DNA of 64,000 nucleotides from Owenia fusiformis (taxonomy: Eukaryota): contig CAIIXF020000001.1 in the NCBI GenBank assembly GCA_903813345.2, positions 42,842,001 through 42,906,000 on the forward strand. Reading direction: 5' to 3'. Position numbers and translations under genes: made by a program. The first letter of the stretch is position 1. Each line of letters starts with the position of its first letter. Under the pieces are notes generated by a model, which saw only the letters and a list, made by a program, of their open reading frames with translations, did not search any database and was not told where the DNA came from. Shown here piece by piece: positions 13,544-27,000 of this stretch.

Positions 13544-14610
13544 TGAAGTGATGTTATAACATTGTTATCTCAAGATAAACACTGTGAACATGATATATTT
13601 TCCAATTTCTAATGAGATTTTACTGTGCATAGCACTTGAACACCTGTGTGGTCTTGTTTACTATTATGATACATGCATTACTATGTGTTACAAGCACCTA
13701 CATGATATGGTGATGTTCAAATCATTATAGCATCCTTTGTACATCATATGATACTTCATATTATATGATTAGTTTGCCATCGTTGAAACACAGAACTGAA
13801 ACACAAGCTAGAAAGCACGAGTGTTTTTTTTGTTATGATTGATATAGTAATAAGTAAAATCTTATTTTCAAAATCTTTTAAATAAATTAATCATGTGTTA
13901 GGAACTGTATTTTAGTTTCACTCTCTGAACAGTTTCATAGTTCATATTTTGCATGTTTTTACAGAAAACATGCATTTTATTTATTGAATTCAAATGTGAA
14001 AATGTGTATTCACATTGTTTTTTTCATGTTTGCCACAACATTTTAAAATGTTATAAATATTTGAGGATTTGAACGAAGTGTGATATTACATTGTAGAACT
14101 TCCTTTTATCTTGTACATGTATGTATTGTAGAATAAAAACTTCACAGAATATCCATGTTTTTCAACGAAGCAACATTTTTCACATAAAGCAAAAAGTCTT
14201 CATTTTTAATTTTACAAACACAATTATTTAGATCAGATTAACATTTAATGTGGTCTGCAAATGATGTTTGAAAAACATGTGTATTTTGTTTTGGAAGCTT
14301 GCGAGATACATGTAAGCATGTAAGCTGCTGTAGAATAATCTCTATAAAGTATATGAGCTTGTGCAATAAACTTGTAGTAACCAGTATACACAGCTGTCAC
14401 TGTTATTTTATGATACGATGATTCATCACTAGAAAATGAGAAAATCTGATCATTTTAGTTTTACTATTTTGTCTATAATAGTCTTGCGTCAGACCCTTGT
14501 GACTTCATTTCCTCAGGGAGAGGGGTAGGTATGTGGGGGAAGGGGAGTATCTAGAGGCTATGCAAGGCCAGTATTCAAGGACTGTAAATAGTCTAATAGA
14601 TCATCAATAA

Positions 14611-15444
14611 TTATCCCAATGAACGGAGTTCGGTAGGGATATAGTGAAGCCCTCCCACTCTGTTTATCCATTGGTTAATAGTTGTACGCAACAAAAATAT
14701 TTCCAAGATGGCCGCCATTTTAAAAATGTTATTGTTTGAAATTTTGATAGTATATTCACAAAATCTATCTCATATTCTGAGTTTTTCACCAAGACCCTCA
14801 GGTGCCGTGTGGGGGGATCGGGAAAACAGTAATTTGCGTTAATTGTGAGATCTTTCTAAAGTATAGCTTTATTATACTCAAATGAAAGGCAATTTAGAGT
14901 AGATTGCAAACATTGTATCGTTTTTTTTGTAATTTGGGCCTCGTAAAATTCAAAATGGCCGTCTTATGTGAGCTTTAGCAATAATTTTCTGATCTCTTCA
15001 AAGTATGGCTATATTATACTCAAATAGATGAAAGTTTAGAGTAGATCATTATTACGGTATTGTTTTTCTGATTTGTGCCTCGGGAAATTTAAAATGGCTG
15101 CCAACAGGAATTTGCGTTAATTTTGAGATCTTTCTGAGGTATAGCTTTATTATACTTAAACGAAAGGCAATTTATAGTAGATTGCACATATTGTATTGTT
15201 TTTCCGATTTGGGCCTCGTAAAATTCAAAATGGTCACCTAATGTTGGATTTCGCAATAATTTTCAGATCTCTTCAAAGTATGGCTATATTATTATCAAAT
15301 TGAATAAAATGTGGGGCCGATCACTGTTATGGTATTGTTTTCTGATAATTCTCTAAATGTTATTATTTTTTGTGACAAATACAGATTCATATATTATGGT
15401 GTTCGTTGGGATTTGCTACTCCGTGGAGATGTTGCTTTCTAGTT
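14611..15444 (+). mobile_element. Non-autonomous Helentron/HINE-like element with internal ~139-bp tandem repeats
   Basis: Subterminal inverted repeats TCCCAATGAAC (14614-14624) / GTTCGTTGGGA (15401-15411), a short 3' hairpin (CTCCGTGGAG) and a CTAGTT end. About four internal monomers form a 278-bp dimer (AATTTGCGTTAATT at 14831 and 15109). The same 3' end recurs at ~32108-32151. Confidence 0.7.
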
Positions 15445-16132
15445 CGCCATGCCCATTTAATCATTAATTGAAGAAAATGTTCAAAATATTTTTTAAAATT
15501 AGTCTGAAAGCTTGTAACACTATAACATGGGCTTTCAAGATACATTTTTATGAGTTTGTTGTGCTGGTTCTTTTTGCCCTTTTTGGGAAGAATGGATATC
15601 TTCTCTCAATTTAGAAAACTCATTCAATTAATTTCTAGAGTCTACTGATTGCAAATCAATAATGAGGTACGGAGATACACCTGATATAAAAATATTTCTG
15701 GCATCAAACTCATTTCCTCTATAATTTATAATTCATATCCTACATGAGTGTCAGATTGGAAGGTTTACATTCTATTCAAATAAAACAATACATTGAGAGA
15801 TAAACCCAGCTATTTATCAACCACTAAGGTGGGGGTTAGAAGTTTGCAAGAAAATATTGCAGGTTAAGCACTTTTTAAATATTTGGCTATATAATGTAAG
15901 CCTATTTGTTGTGCCTATGGTTTATCCTAGCTTTCTTGAAATAAATTAATACCTTCAAAACTGACCTGAATGAAATTTCCAGCTCTTATGTGTAAAATGT
16001 ATATACAAATTACAACCTTCTCTACCTAGGCAAACAAAAATTGTAATTAAAAGACTATACAGAGCTTAAAATATTGCTGACAAAGTGCATCAATTTATTG
16101 CCTTTTCAAATGTGACAAACCCCATCCCCATC

Positions 16133-16306
16133 CACCAGCGGATCTAGATGGGGGCGTGGGGGGGGGGGGCGCACACACCCCCCCCCCTCCTAAAAACTCA
16201 TGTTTTGCCTCATCGCTTTTTACAAAATTTGACTCTTCACTCACAGTAATTATCACACGCCCCCCCCCCCCCCTCCCCCCAACACAAAATCCTGGATCCG
16301 CTTCTG
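16133..16306. mobile_element. MITE with GCGGATC-type TIR and poly-G/poly-C tracts, 5-bp TSD CCATC
   Basis: CACCAGCGGATCTAG / CTGGATCCGCTTCTG; CCATC at 16128-16132 and 16307-16311. Confidence 0.75.
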
Positions 16307-16594
16307 CCATCCCTGCAGTAACTATATGCTGTTTAGTTGGTCAGCAACTTCTGTTAAGGCCTTCTATCTTCAGAAAAGAAACTCTGCATTGAAATCTGCT
16401 GATGGTGGATGTGTTTTGGAGGCATGATCAACAAGCATGCCAACACTGAGATTCTCTGATCATGCCCATCTTTGAACAGAAGAATGTTGATCTATTGTTA
16501 CTATATGCCATCTATATTCACCATACATTGCTTATATAAACTAAACTTCAACATCACATTTTTTGTTTGTGGATACATATTTTGGTATTTGATG

Positions 16595-16772
16595 CAGCTC
16601 CGTAGCCATAGGGGGACCGCAAGCTCCCCCTCCCTGGCCAGAAATTCTTTCAAAATCATGCAGTTTTTCACCATTCTGAGGATTTTTCACATGATTTTTA
16701 GCCAAAATTGTGAAAAAGCTCCCCCCCCTGGAAAAAAGCCCCCCCTCCTGGTAAAAGCTGGCTACGGGCAAG
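16595..16772. mobile_element. MITE related to 8123-8312, opposite orientation
   Basis: CCGTAGCCA / TGGCTACGG inverted ends, shared internal sequence, flanks TGATG / TGATC. Confidence 0.7.
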
Positions 16773-16924
16773 TGATCCATACTTTTGTGTAACCTTTCAG
16801 CTTAGCATTTTTTTAGAACCCCCCCCCCCCCCCTAAAATGTTATGATAACTGGTATTATAAGCCCCATAAGAAGACATTGTTGAATGTCCCAGAGCAAAA
16901 CCTGGATCTGCCACTGTAACAAAT

Positions 16925-16990
16925 ATAGGCCCCAGGAACAAGTAATACAGATGTTGACTTGATTTTTTTATACATGTTCCTGGGGCCTAT
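16925..16990. repeat. Short hairpin / mini-MITE with 16-bp perfect inverted repeat
   Basis: ATAGGCCCCAGGAACA (16925-16940) / TGTTCCTGGGGCCTAT (16975-16990). Confidence 0.7.
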
Positions 16991-17791
16991 GGTAACAAAT
17001 TCTTAAGGTGTCTGTAACAAATAGCAGGAAGTAAAATTTTACATGTTTAATTCTTTATGTGGTTGTAGTTTTTTTGTACACTGTAGTGACGGATATGTCA
17101 TTTACATGACATGGTTATTGAGTCAATAAAAGATAGATATGATTGAGAAATAAACATTTCTATATTCCAAATATGATTGCTCAAGCATTTTTGTATATGT
17201 CATACACGGACATCTAATACGTTCTTCGAATTGCCCTGGAACTATATTTATATTTGAAGTCCCAGAATTTCGCCAGAAACATTCTCTCTGACTGTGATGT
17301 CATACCTAGTATTCTGCCCCTACCAAAACCTCTACTGCCATCTATTTATTCATTTTATTTATAGCAACTATGTTTTTGTAGTATTCTATTTATATAAACT
17401 TTACCTGATTTGATAGATGTCGCTTTTAATTGACTCCAATATATTGCACTATTTGACCTCGTTTTGAATCAAAGTCTAAAAAGAAAAAAGAAACAGGTGA
17501 ATGTTTTATGGTAAGTTATCGTTATTTTCTGCTTGTCTTAGTCTATTAGATGTACAGAAACTTAGTCTACAGAGTCATGACTACTCAAGGAAATTATTAA
17601 GAAGTTAAGATGATTATATGACGGATGGTAAGATAGGATAAAAGGAGAAACTTTTCAAATAATTTTCTATTTGTTTTTATTTTTCAATGAAGGCATTGAA
17701 GCAAATGAATGGATGAGTCATAACTTTATGGGAGTCAAACTTTTTGGTATAAAATTTATTAGTGTTGCTAGTTTGTGAATAATCTGATGTA

Positions 17792-18111
17792 CAGTTAAAA
17801 TGACATGTTTAGTGACAACTTTGAATCTGTCATCATCAGTGACCACATCTGCAGAAAATTAAAATTACAAAGGTAAGGCTGATTATTCATACTTTCAGAA
17901 ATTATGTCAATATAGATTCTGTTATTCGCTCTTGAAAGCCAATTCGGTCGCATTCTGCGAAAAGCCACAGCTTTACTGCATACCTAACTTTCTGAAATAT
18001 ACAAAAGTTAGGACGGGCACTCGGATGTATTTCTATTTTTCTATAATGTTGCAATGTGGTCATTCGCTCGCTGATTCAAAGAAGTTGTCACTAAATATGT
18101 CATGTTGACCG
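17792..18111. mobile_element. MITE with ~40-bp imperfect TIRs (Tc1/mariner-like)
   Basis: Left end CAGTTAAAATGACATGTTTAGTGACAACTTTGAATC versus reverse complement of the right end CGGTCAACATGACATATTTAGTGACAACTTCTTTGAATC; TA on the left flank. Confidence 0.7.
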
Positions 18112-20859
18112 TCGAGTTATTTACCATATGCACTGTTAACCCCCGAATGTATATATATTTGCACTTTTTCTTAGTTTTGTTTTTTTAATTACCGTGACAT
18201 TTATTGAGGTATCTAGAGGGTCTAGCCCTAAGAGGGACTGTTAGATCGATCTTGTTATAGTCATAGATAAGTCTTGTAACTACAATTCTGGAAATTGTTA
18301 TGTTAATAACTTGTGACATGTTGCTCAGATATACAGTTTTCCCCATCTTTTTTCTACTCAGTAAATTTCATTTTGCTCGAAAAACATCATTGAAATCACC
18401 TTTACATCAAGGGTATAAGGATTGAACATTGAAAACTAAACTTCTGTTTTTCTAATCTATTGACAATTTAAATATATAGGCCATTATAAAGTCCTTATCT
18501 TTCAATGCTAAATACAAACGATCTAAAAGTCAATGAAAATATTTGTATATGTGTTCAACTTGTACATGTATATATAGTAACCCACTAGGAATAGATGTTA
18601 CCGATAGTTTTTGGAATATGCATATTATATTATTTAAGAGAGAAAATATGGTACAATAAGTTCTACCTGACAGTCACTTAAAATTAAAGTGTCACAAATT
18701 TCCGGTTAAGTCATTAAAGAACGTATTTATTGATTGAGTAAAGTAGTTTCTTTTAAATCAAAATAAATAAGTCCAGAGTTATACACATTATATGTACACC
18801 TGTGCATTTTATATGTTTTATTTTATGAAAAAGAGAATTGATTGCTACTAGCCATTAAATATTATTTTGAGACTGATCCTGTACTAATTAGATGGAATAA
18901 CTTCATATCCACTTAATAGGGAGGAAATACTTGTGGGGCTCAAATTGAAATTGTTGCAATTGGATTCCTAAATAAAAGTTCCAACTCCATTGCCAACTTT
19001 ATTTCCTGGAAATGTGACCACATACAAGATAATGTAAAGGATGTTATAGAGGAGAAAATAGAAGCAGGTCAAAATGACCTAACTAACAACCATCTGTAAT
19101 TATCTTTCCACCTTTCTGAAAGCAATCACAAATGTCAATTAACAAAGAACCTAAAATGAATAATAACTTCCAAATGGTGATATGGCAGAGCTTCTTCTTT
19201 AAAGTCAGTATGGTCTGGTAGCTTTTTAACAGACTTGTCATGTACATATCTTTTGAGATTCCTAAAAAGCTTCTTTTGAACTAGATTCATCCTCAGTTCA
19301 CCTTTTACTTTTTGAACTGATCATATTAATCTCACATGTAGATTTAATGGTCTCTGCCGATATTTCACCGTTTGTCATATGGGCATTAATATAGTGGCAT
19401 GATCTGATAAATAAAATTAATTAAAAAAAAATTTTGATGGAAGTTATATACATGTTAATTAAGGCACTTGTACCATCATACGGATATCTAGTACTTGACT
19501 TGATGTATGCTACAAATTAGGTTAACATGTTTTGTACCAGGACTTAGGGTCAACTTCTCAACTTTGTTTTAGATATAAACAGTAACACCTGAAAAGTAGA
19601 ACACCTGTACTGTAAGTGGAACACCTCTGTAAGTAGAACACCTCAATAAGTAGAACACTTTTCCTGTTACCTATTACTTAATATAAAATGAATCTTCATA
19701 AATAGACAACTACCAAGTTGAATACTGTTTTGATATGATAAAAGCACTCTGCCTATACAGGTTTTACTATTTGTACAGTTCAGTTCAATACAATACAATT
19801 TGTACAGTACAGTTCAATACAACATATCGATGATGGATGATGTCTTGTATTAAAGCAATCACTGTTTTTGGCACTGAAGGTTTTTTCATTTTCAATGATC
19901 CCACAATAAGTATCTACATTCATAAAATTCAAAATGTAAACTCAATTTACAATATGATTCAGATATGAGTACTTTTTTCTCCTATATAAATCATTTTAAG
20001 CGTATATATTGATAACGTGAATAGAAGGCATGGCACAATTTGCATCTTTTGAATAAAAAGGGAAATGATAAACACTGTGTGGAAGTTACCTAGAAATCAA
20101 AAATTACTAATCTCCCTTCATATTACTAAAGAATCATTCTATATCAGTGAGGTTATCTTGACTTCATGGGCCATATATGACTGATATTGTATATGGTCTA
20201 TGATCATTAGCACTTCAGATATGACCAGCCATCATTAAAACATCACTTACACCAATGGTATGCTAGACTTTTTATTTTAAGGTTAAAGTTCTCATTGAGA
20301 GCTAGGGAAACTTCTATATCATATGATATCATGATCAAATTTACTTTTTTGACAAGCTTGGTCAGTACTAGGATCTTTTTATATATACTGGATTAGATGA
20401 GGTACCATCTATCAGTATACATCAGAATGGTACATATTGGTAGATGATATCCATTTAGGGTCACTGTGTTGTGTGTCATGAATAGAAGACCAACAGAATA
20501 GGGAATGTAAGATTTATTTTTGAAGGATAATCGTGATGGGTGAGATAGTGAAGGATACATTCGAGTAGACCTTCTTCAGGCAATACTAAACTTATTTCAC
20601 ATTTATATAAATGGACAAGTAATTTTTGTATGATACAGAAATAAATTGATTGATTTATTTTCAGGTTACGCTTAAAAAAGAACAAAATGGAGTATTGAAA
20701 CAAAATATTTGGATACAATGACAAAATCTTCAAATACTGAATCTCAAGTTACACTACACCAGGAAACATAAGACCACTAAAGCTAGAGTCCTCAACAGGA
20801 GTAACTTAAAAACCTAAATTTACATTTGTGGTAAAAAAAATCAGCAAGAGACAAAAACA

Positions 20860-21022
20860 ATGAAGCCATATACATTTAGTGCCATTATCTCAGGGATTTT
20901 TATATTATATTCGGTGCTATCATTTTGTGATGGACAAGGGCGTGTATGGACAGACCCAGAGCCAGAGCCAGGAGATCCTTTGCCTCCTGGAAAGTTCAAA
21001 GGACGTAGCTGGAGGTCAGGGG
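20860..21022 (+). CDS. ADGRL: Latrophilin coding exon 1: signal peptide and Pro-rich leader
   Basis: [25 protein letters not shown] (signal-like) [29 protein letters not shown]; donor G|GTAAGT, phase 1, matches exon 2. An upstream acceptor TTTATTTTCAG ends at 20664. Confidence 0.75.
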
Positions 21023-24000
21023 GTAAGTACATTATTATTAAGTGTTTTTATTCCAAATATATAACCTTCTTCTCAACAATAGATTTATTCTCAGCTGACT
21101 TCTGAATTCTTAGAACTGACCAGTCATTATACATTTAAGCCCCCCCCCCTCCCTGCATTCAAGGGTTAAGACACTTGTTTCAATATTGGTAAACTTGGTA
21201 GGCAACCCTTCTTATTTATACTCTACTATGCTTCAGGAGTTGATTCTGTTTCAATTCATTGCAACTTTTTTTAAAAAAACACTAAGCTCCCCATTGAGAA
21301 GAATTTCCATTTTATGGGTAACCCACTTCTTTCAAATGAAATTCAAGCTAAAAATGCTTGCACCATATGGTCATAATGTTAACTATTCACTATGTAAACA
21401 TGGTTTATAAACAATTCTGTCCTGAAGTTTTGTTTAAAATTCTAGGATCATAGTTTTGCGTTTAGGTCTAGTGCTTGTGTTGAATGATATGATAGAGTAA
21501 GGGACTGTTTGTCTTCATGATTTATCTGTTTTTAACCATGAAGTCACATTTCTGTTTATGTTTGAAAGAAGTATGAAGAACAGTATTCTTTTCTATAAGT
21601 TCTGATCAAATAATTAGTTTGTATGTACAGACTCTAAAATACCTGCCCCCTTAGTGTATTATATATACTCAAGAGCAATGTACTGTCACTATTTTGATGT
21701 TAGAGGAAGTGTTTGGTTGTCTAGGTAACATGATTGTGCAATCTTTTAAGTAACTCACTTACACACCTCTTGAAGGGAAAGAATGTGATAGAGCTGTATC
21801 TTAGTTTGATATGTATTGCCTGATTATTTAATTGCCTCATCCTATTATCTCACAATAAGGTCTAATTTCTTATTTGGTTAACTTGATCACTTGTAAGGAA
21901 TTAGAGGATGGCAATACCTGTATGAGTGAAAACAATAATTAATAAAATATTTTGCTAGACCAGCAAACATTTCTAGTAACCAGCATACTATTCAGTTATT
22001 ATAATGAATGAATGATATTCAATCTGTTTTCTTTATATCATAGGAAATTAAATAATACTGATGTCACTTGGGCAGGGGTTTCATTAGCAGCAGGCAACAG
22101 GTGATTTTCACCGGTTGTTTTTACAAAATCTCCTGTTGTTTTTAGGGACTTTCCAACTTTTCCATGTTAAATTTATGATTTCCATTAATTTTGCCTGTTG
22201 TTTTCATTTATTTAGCCTGTTTTGAGAAAAAAAACTGCTTGGGTGTGTCAATGATACATGAATCAACTTAAGTGTTTTTATTCTACAATTATACTAATAT
22301 ATACAAATAACTACATCATTATGTTTTTTATACAGTAAAGTTAGAAAATGTGACTTCTTGCTTTTGCTTGTTTAGGATCGTAGGAGGCCTACAGCTCATC
22401 ATCATGTCCTGTAACAATGTCTTTATTACAACCATGTGCAGTAGCACTGTCTTTATCACCATCATGTCCAACAGCAATGTCCTCACCAGAATCATGTCCA
22501 TTGGCAATCTCTGAGTTATATTGGACACCCATATCAACATAAACACGCTTGTTTTGGGGAATGTATAAAGGTTGGTGTTTGTTAGTATCTGAGTGAATAT
22601 TTTTTTGAAGTTTATCACCATGTTCCGACAGTGATCCATATAGGTGTCGCTGCTGTGTATTATCATGTGTTACAACAACCATATCTCCCAACTCTCTTTC
22701 ACATAGATTTGGAGGGATGAATATGGTTTGGGCTTCGTTAGTGTCTGAGCTGATTTGAGTCTGATCATAGCCATGGTGGGAGCTGGCAAGTAGGCGGTCT
22801 TCTTCCCCTGGGGTTAGCCAAGGTACTGTGTGCTGGCGCCCTCCCTGCTGGTCCCTGGCCCCTAAGATCCTGTCTCCCACCTTCACTGGCACATTGTCAC
22901 ATACTTTTGGAAGTAACACACCTAGAAGGTAGAATACAAATTGGGAATCATATCAAAATAATAATGTATTTTGACTTGATTAAACTCCCTTTGGCTCTTT
23001 TACCTAATAGCTTTTGTTTCTTTTATCTCTGATAAAATTGAAAAAACTACTCTAACCTTAGAAACTCTTACCTTGAAAAAGTTTTGAAAAGTAGAATCTT
23101 GCCAGGCTTCCTCTGAATGCACAGCTGAACACCAGCAGGATGCTCTCCCATCCTTTCACACCAATTTCTTCAGGAGGACCTGGAGAACAAATATACATTC
23201 TACATGCATTTCTCATTCTTGACTTGTTTACAGCACATTTAATATCAAGGAACGGCAACCATGACTCTGAATTCTGAAATGATTAACCATGCCATTCAAT
23301 TATTTTCATTTATTAATCTCTTGAAGTACAATGATTTTTTCTCTCTTAAATAGGGTTGTTGATCCTCTGGGCATTTTCCTAATGGGCATTTTCCTATTAA
23401 ACTGAAAGATGAGTACAGGCATTTTATTAATTCCTCTTTCATGTCTTCATATCATATCTTACATTTTATAAACTAATTATGACATGTTTAAATTACAGTT
23501 ATACAGTATATGCCTTACCTGTTGTCGTATAACCATCTGCATTGCTTGTACTGCCCATTTTATTTATAGACTTTGCCACAAGTGAAGTATCATACAAGAA
23601 GAATGCCACCATTCTTAATGCAAATAGACCAAGGCTCATATTATACACATGCATCAATAATGATACCCAATGAGACTTTGATGTTGGGCTTAGTATCCCT
23701 TTTAAACTTGCTTTCACTGTCTGTCTGGCTATAAACCCCCAGGCTGATGCCAGCATGACAATTAGAAAAGCCTCTACTGTGGTTGAAAGTACAAGTTCAG
23801 GTTCATTACTTGTATTATTAATATGACCTAGATCTACAGTAACGGCGCATGTTATCCACAGGCCTAGTAGCAAAATCCATAGAATGAAATGCGCCATTTT
23901 AGGAAGAGCTCTTAAATATTGCCAACCATAGAACCGCTGCCATTTGAATATTACAACCAGAATAATGATCATTGCAACAATTTCAACTGTTGTTCCCATA

Positions 24001-27000
24001 TGGTATAAAGAATCCATGAAACTTTGTGAAACATTCATGTATTTATCGTCAGGTTTGGAGTCATCTTCATTTGTTGTGTTTGTTGTTTTCCTAGGTCTGC
24101 CACATTTCTCCAATAGTTTTCCCTCAAAGATACAAATCAGGCTCATCACAAAGAACCCCGTCATGAAAACACTTCGTATGATTGTTAAACATAATAATAT
24201 AATTCCAATCACTTTTACTCCAGTGGCATTTATCTTGCAAGCCATTGTACGAGAAATGTCTCACTTGAACACAGAAAATTCACATTTTGGTTTCAATCTC
24301 AGTTCGAGGAATGAAGGGCGCCTTGTATTTGCCTATCCGGAAGATAGATATTTTACCTATTTTCAGCTCATTAGTTTTAGTTTCATTTTCGAGAAAGCGA
24401 GACATTATTTGGATGCTTTTCTAAGAATCAAGTAGAATCAAGATGTGTTATTGTTATATCTCTGTATATACGCATTTTATACTCCAAATACTTCAGCGCT
24501 CTATGATTTAAGAACTTAATGCTCATAAATCTATTTTTCATGTATATGTATTGCTCGGTATTATAACTTTTTATTATATGTGTTAAATTCTGAATGTAGG
24601 AGGAGTCTGACACTCAACTGGGAATGTCAATGCATGACTATGAATCATACAGTAAGCTATTAGAATTCCCAACGAAGTAGTTTTTTAATATTTGCTACCT
24701 TTTTCTATTGTGATTACCTCTTTGAATCAAGACTTAGAAGTGTGTTATATCAAACACATATTTCATTCTATTAAGTTAAATACCAGCGCATCTTTATTTG
24801 TTTTATTTTATTACCGTCAAGCTCACTATCCTTTATAAATATTAATTCATCATATGTTTAATTAAGGTGACATTGAAAAAATACATTTATACAAACTATA
24901 GGCTAAAACCTCTATTCATGTGAAATAGTTAAAATCTTGATATTCACTTTAATGGAATAAATTTATTTTGAAAATTCCCTGAAGCAAGTGAACCAGTGAA
25001 TCTCATCTGATCTTTCATATCACGAGACCTAGTTCTACGTAAATATTCATATTTTTGTGGGCAGTTATGTTGAAGAGATCATCAGCATGTTGGGAAGTGT
25101 GAGTAGGTGATGCTTTGATGTGGAGGCTGAGGTTGCATTCAAAGCCTGCTTCCTAAAGTTTTTATTATCTTTCCCACTTAGAAATGATAGATTCATGTTA
25201 TTTCTGCAATATTCAAAGTCAATGTTATAAATATGTGCCTACATGTACTGTTACTGATATTAGGAATATGTAGTCTACAGATTTGGTATTTTTTTGAGGT
25301 CGTGCTACACATCCGCTTAAAATATAACTTGGAACAAGATGACATGTTACTGATTTATTTGAGTTGCTTCTCCACCTCAGCGTCCTGTCTTTGATCAAGA
25401 TTTACCATTTATTTAAAATACTCATGTCATGGCATCCTGTATGTGTATAAAAAACTATTATATACATTAACATGATGTGGTTGAAAATTAGACAAGACAT
25501 TCACTTTATGTGCATTTTGCATTTCTGTAACATTTTTTAACCCTTTCACTTAGATTGGGGAGCAGAGGGGACAGTGACTTGATGAAGGGTGCATCTTCTT
25601 GTGACTGATAGAGATGGGAGCTGGTGACTTAAAATGGGACAGAGTCTATGTTCGGTTCTATTCTACTCTATATCATGAGAATCCTACTTTTGCATAAGTT
25701 CTTTGTTATGTCAGACATCTGTCCTTGTTCTGTCATCTTTTGGCCTCTTCTCATCCTCCACAAGTCATAAATGGAAGTCTCCATCAGGAGACAGTGGAAT
25801 AGTTTGATGAGTCTATGAGACCACCGTTCCTGTTTCACATAAATATAAGTTGGCAAATATTCAAGTATTGGTGGTCAGAATAAATCAAACCACAGATTTG
25901 GGGTTTCAGAAAAAAGAGTACATGCTTGGATGTATGTGACGATTCCAGAGAGACTGAAACTATACATAGACACCATAAATATTATGGTTTTGTGCCTGTG
26001 TTTAAAATGTTACATTGATCATGCATATTGCACATCACTTTCTCTATAGTTTGAACAAATTATCACAATGTCAAGTGCATCCATACAATTAAACATATGA
26101 ATTTTTTATATGTGTTCTTTATGTTTTGTTTATTGCACTATTTTTTCTGTTCAAAGTATAACAACTGTATTATTATTCATTTCGGTCGCTTCCTGCATTT
26201 GTATCAGAGCTATCAGTTCAATCCAGAGTCCTGTAGTTTCTATTTCAAATGTTAGTTTTACCAGAGTAACTTTACAGATCATATTTCTGTTTTGGAATAA
26301 TGGTAGGCAAATATTGGTAAGAGTTGCAGGAGAATGTGAACTAATTCATTCTGAATTTATCAGAGTCCCTCTTTAGGTAAGGCTGTCGCTTCCTGAGAGT
26401 AAAGGCTGTGGAATGGGATGGTGGTATTTTATTCCTTTATAGAGGTATTGCCTAACTTTAGCCAGCTCATAAATATCTTTTAATCAAAACATGATTGGCC
26501 AATATCTGATTTTATATCAATTTTGGATATTATTAGACATGCTTCTGCATACTGAAAGATTTAAATTTCAAACAATGTAGATAAATATCTATTGCAGTGA
26601 TCTCCCAGCATTAAAGCAAGTGGGCGTAGCACCCACCTGAGAATTTGAAAACAGGCTTGCGCCCACCTGAAAATCTATGTGCACCCACTTCAAAATGAGA
26701 AGTCATGAAAAATGGCATATTTTGACCAATTTTGGTCTGAATTGTGAAAATGAGAATTTTGCACCCACCTGAGAAAAAATTCTGGGGAGATCATTGATAC
26801 AGTGTACAATTAGTATCTTTTCCAGCTTCTGTACACTTGAAGTATATATACTCAGGGATGTTATCCCTGGAACTATATCTGAGCCCACTTTCTTCAGACC
26901 AGATAATGTTTTTTACTGACATTGCTTACAACCCTTGAAATTACCCTCTCTGAACATGTAAATACTTTTAATGAGCGTAAGTAGTAAAATATATTTTCCT

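Noticed and set aside
16095..16792. Gly/Pro-rich ORFs
   Set aside because: They derive from the poly-G/poly-C tracts of MITEs.
23180..23266. Longer version of nested-gene exon 2 following ORF 23058-23258 ([12 protein letters not shown]...)
   Set aside because: An in-frame acceptor exists at 23267, but the acceptor at 23180-23181 has a much better pyrimidine tract. The longer form is not excluded but was not modelled.
26361..26382. Strong donor TTAG|GTAAGG in latrophilin intron 1
   Set aside because: The phase-compatible frame has a TGA at 26352-26354. It could only be a non-coding exon, which I cannot support.
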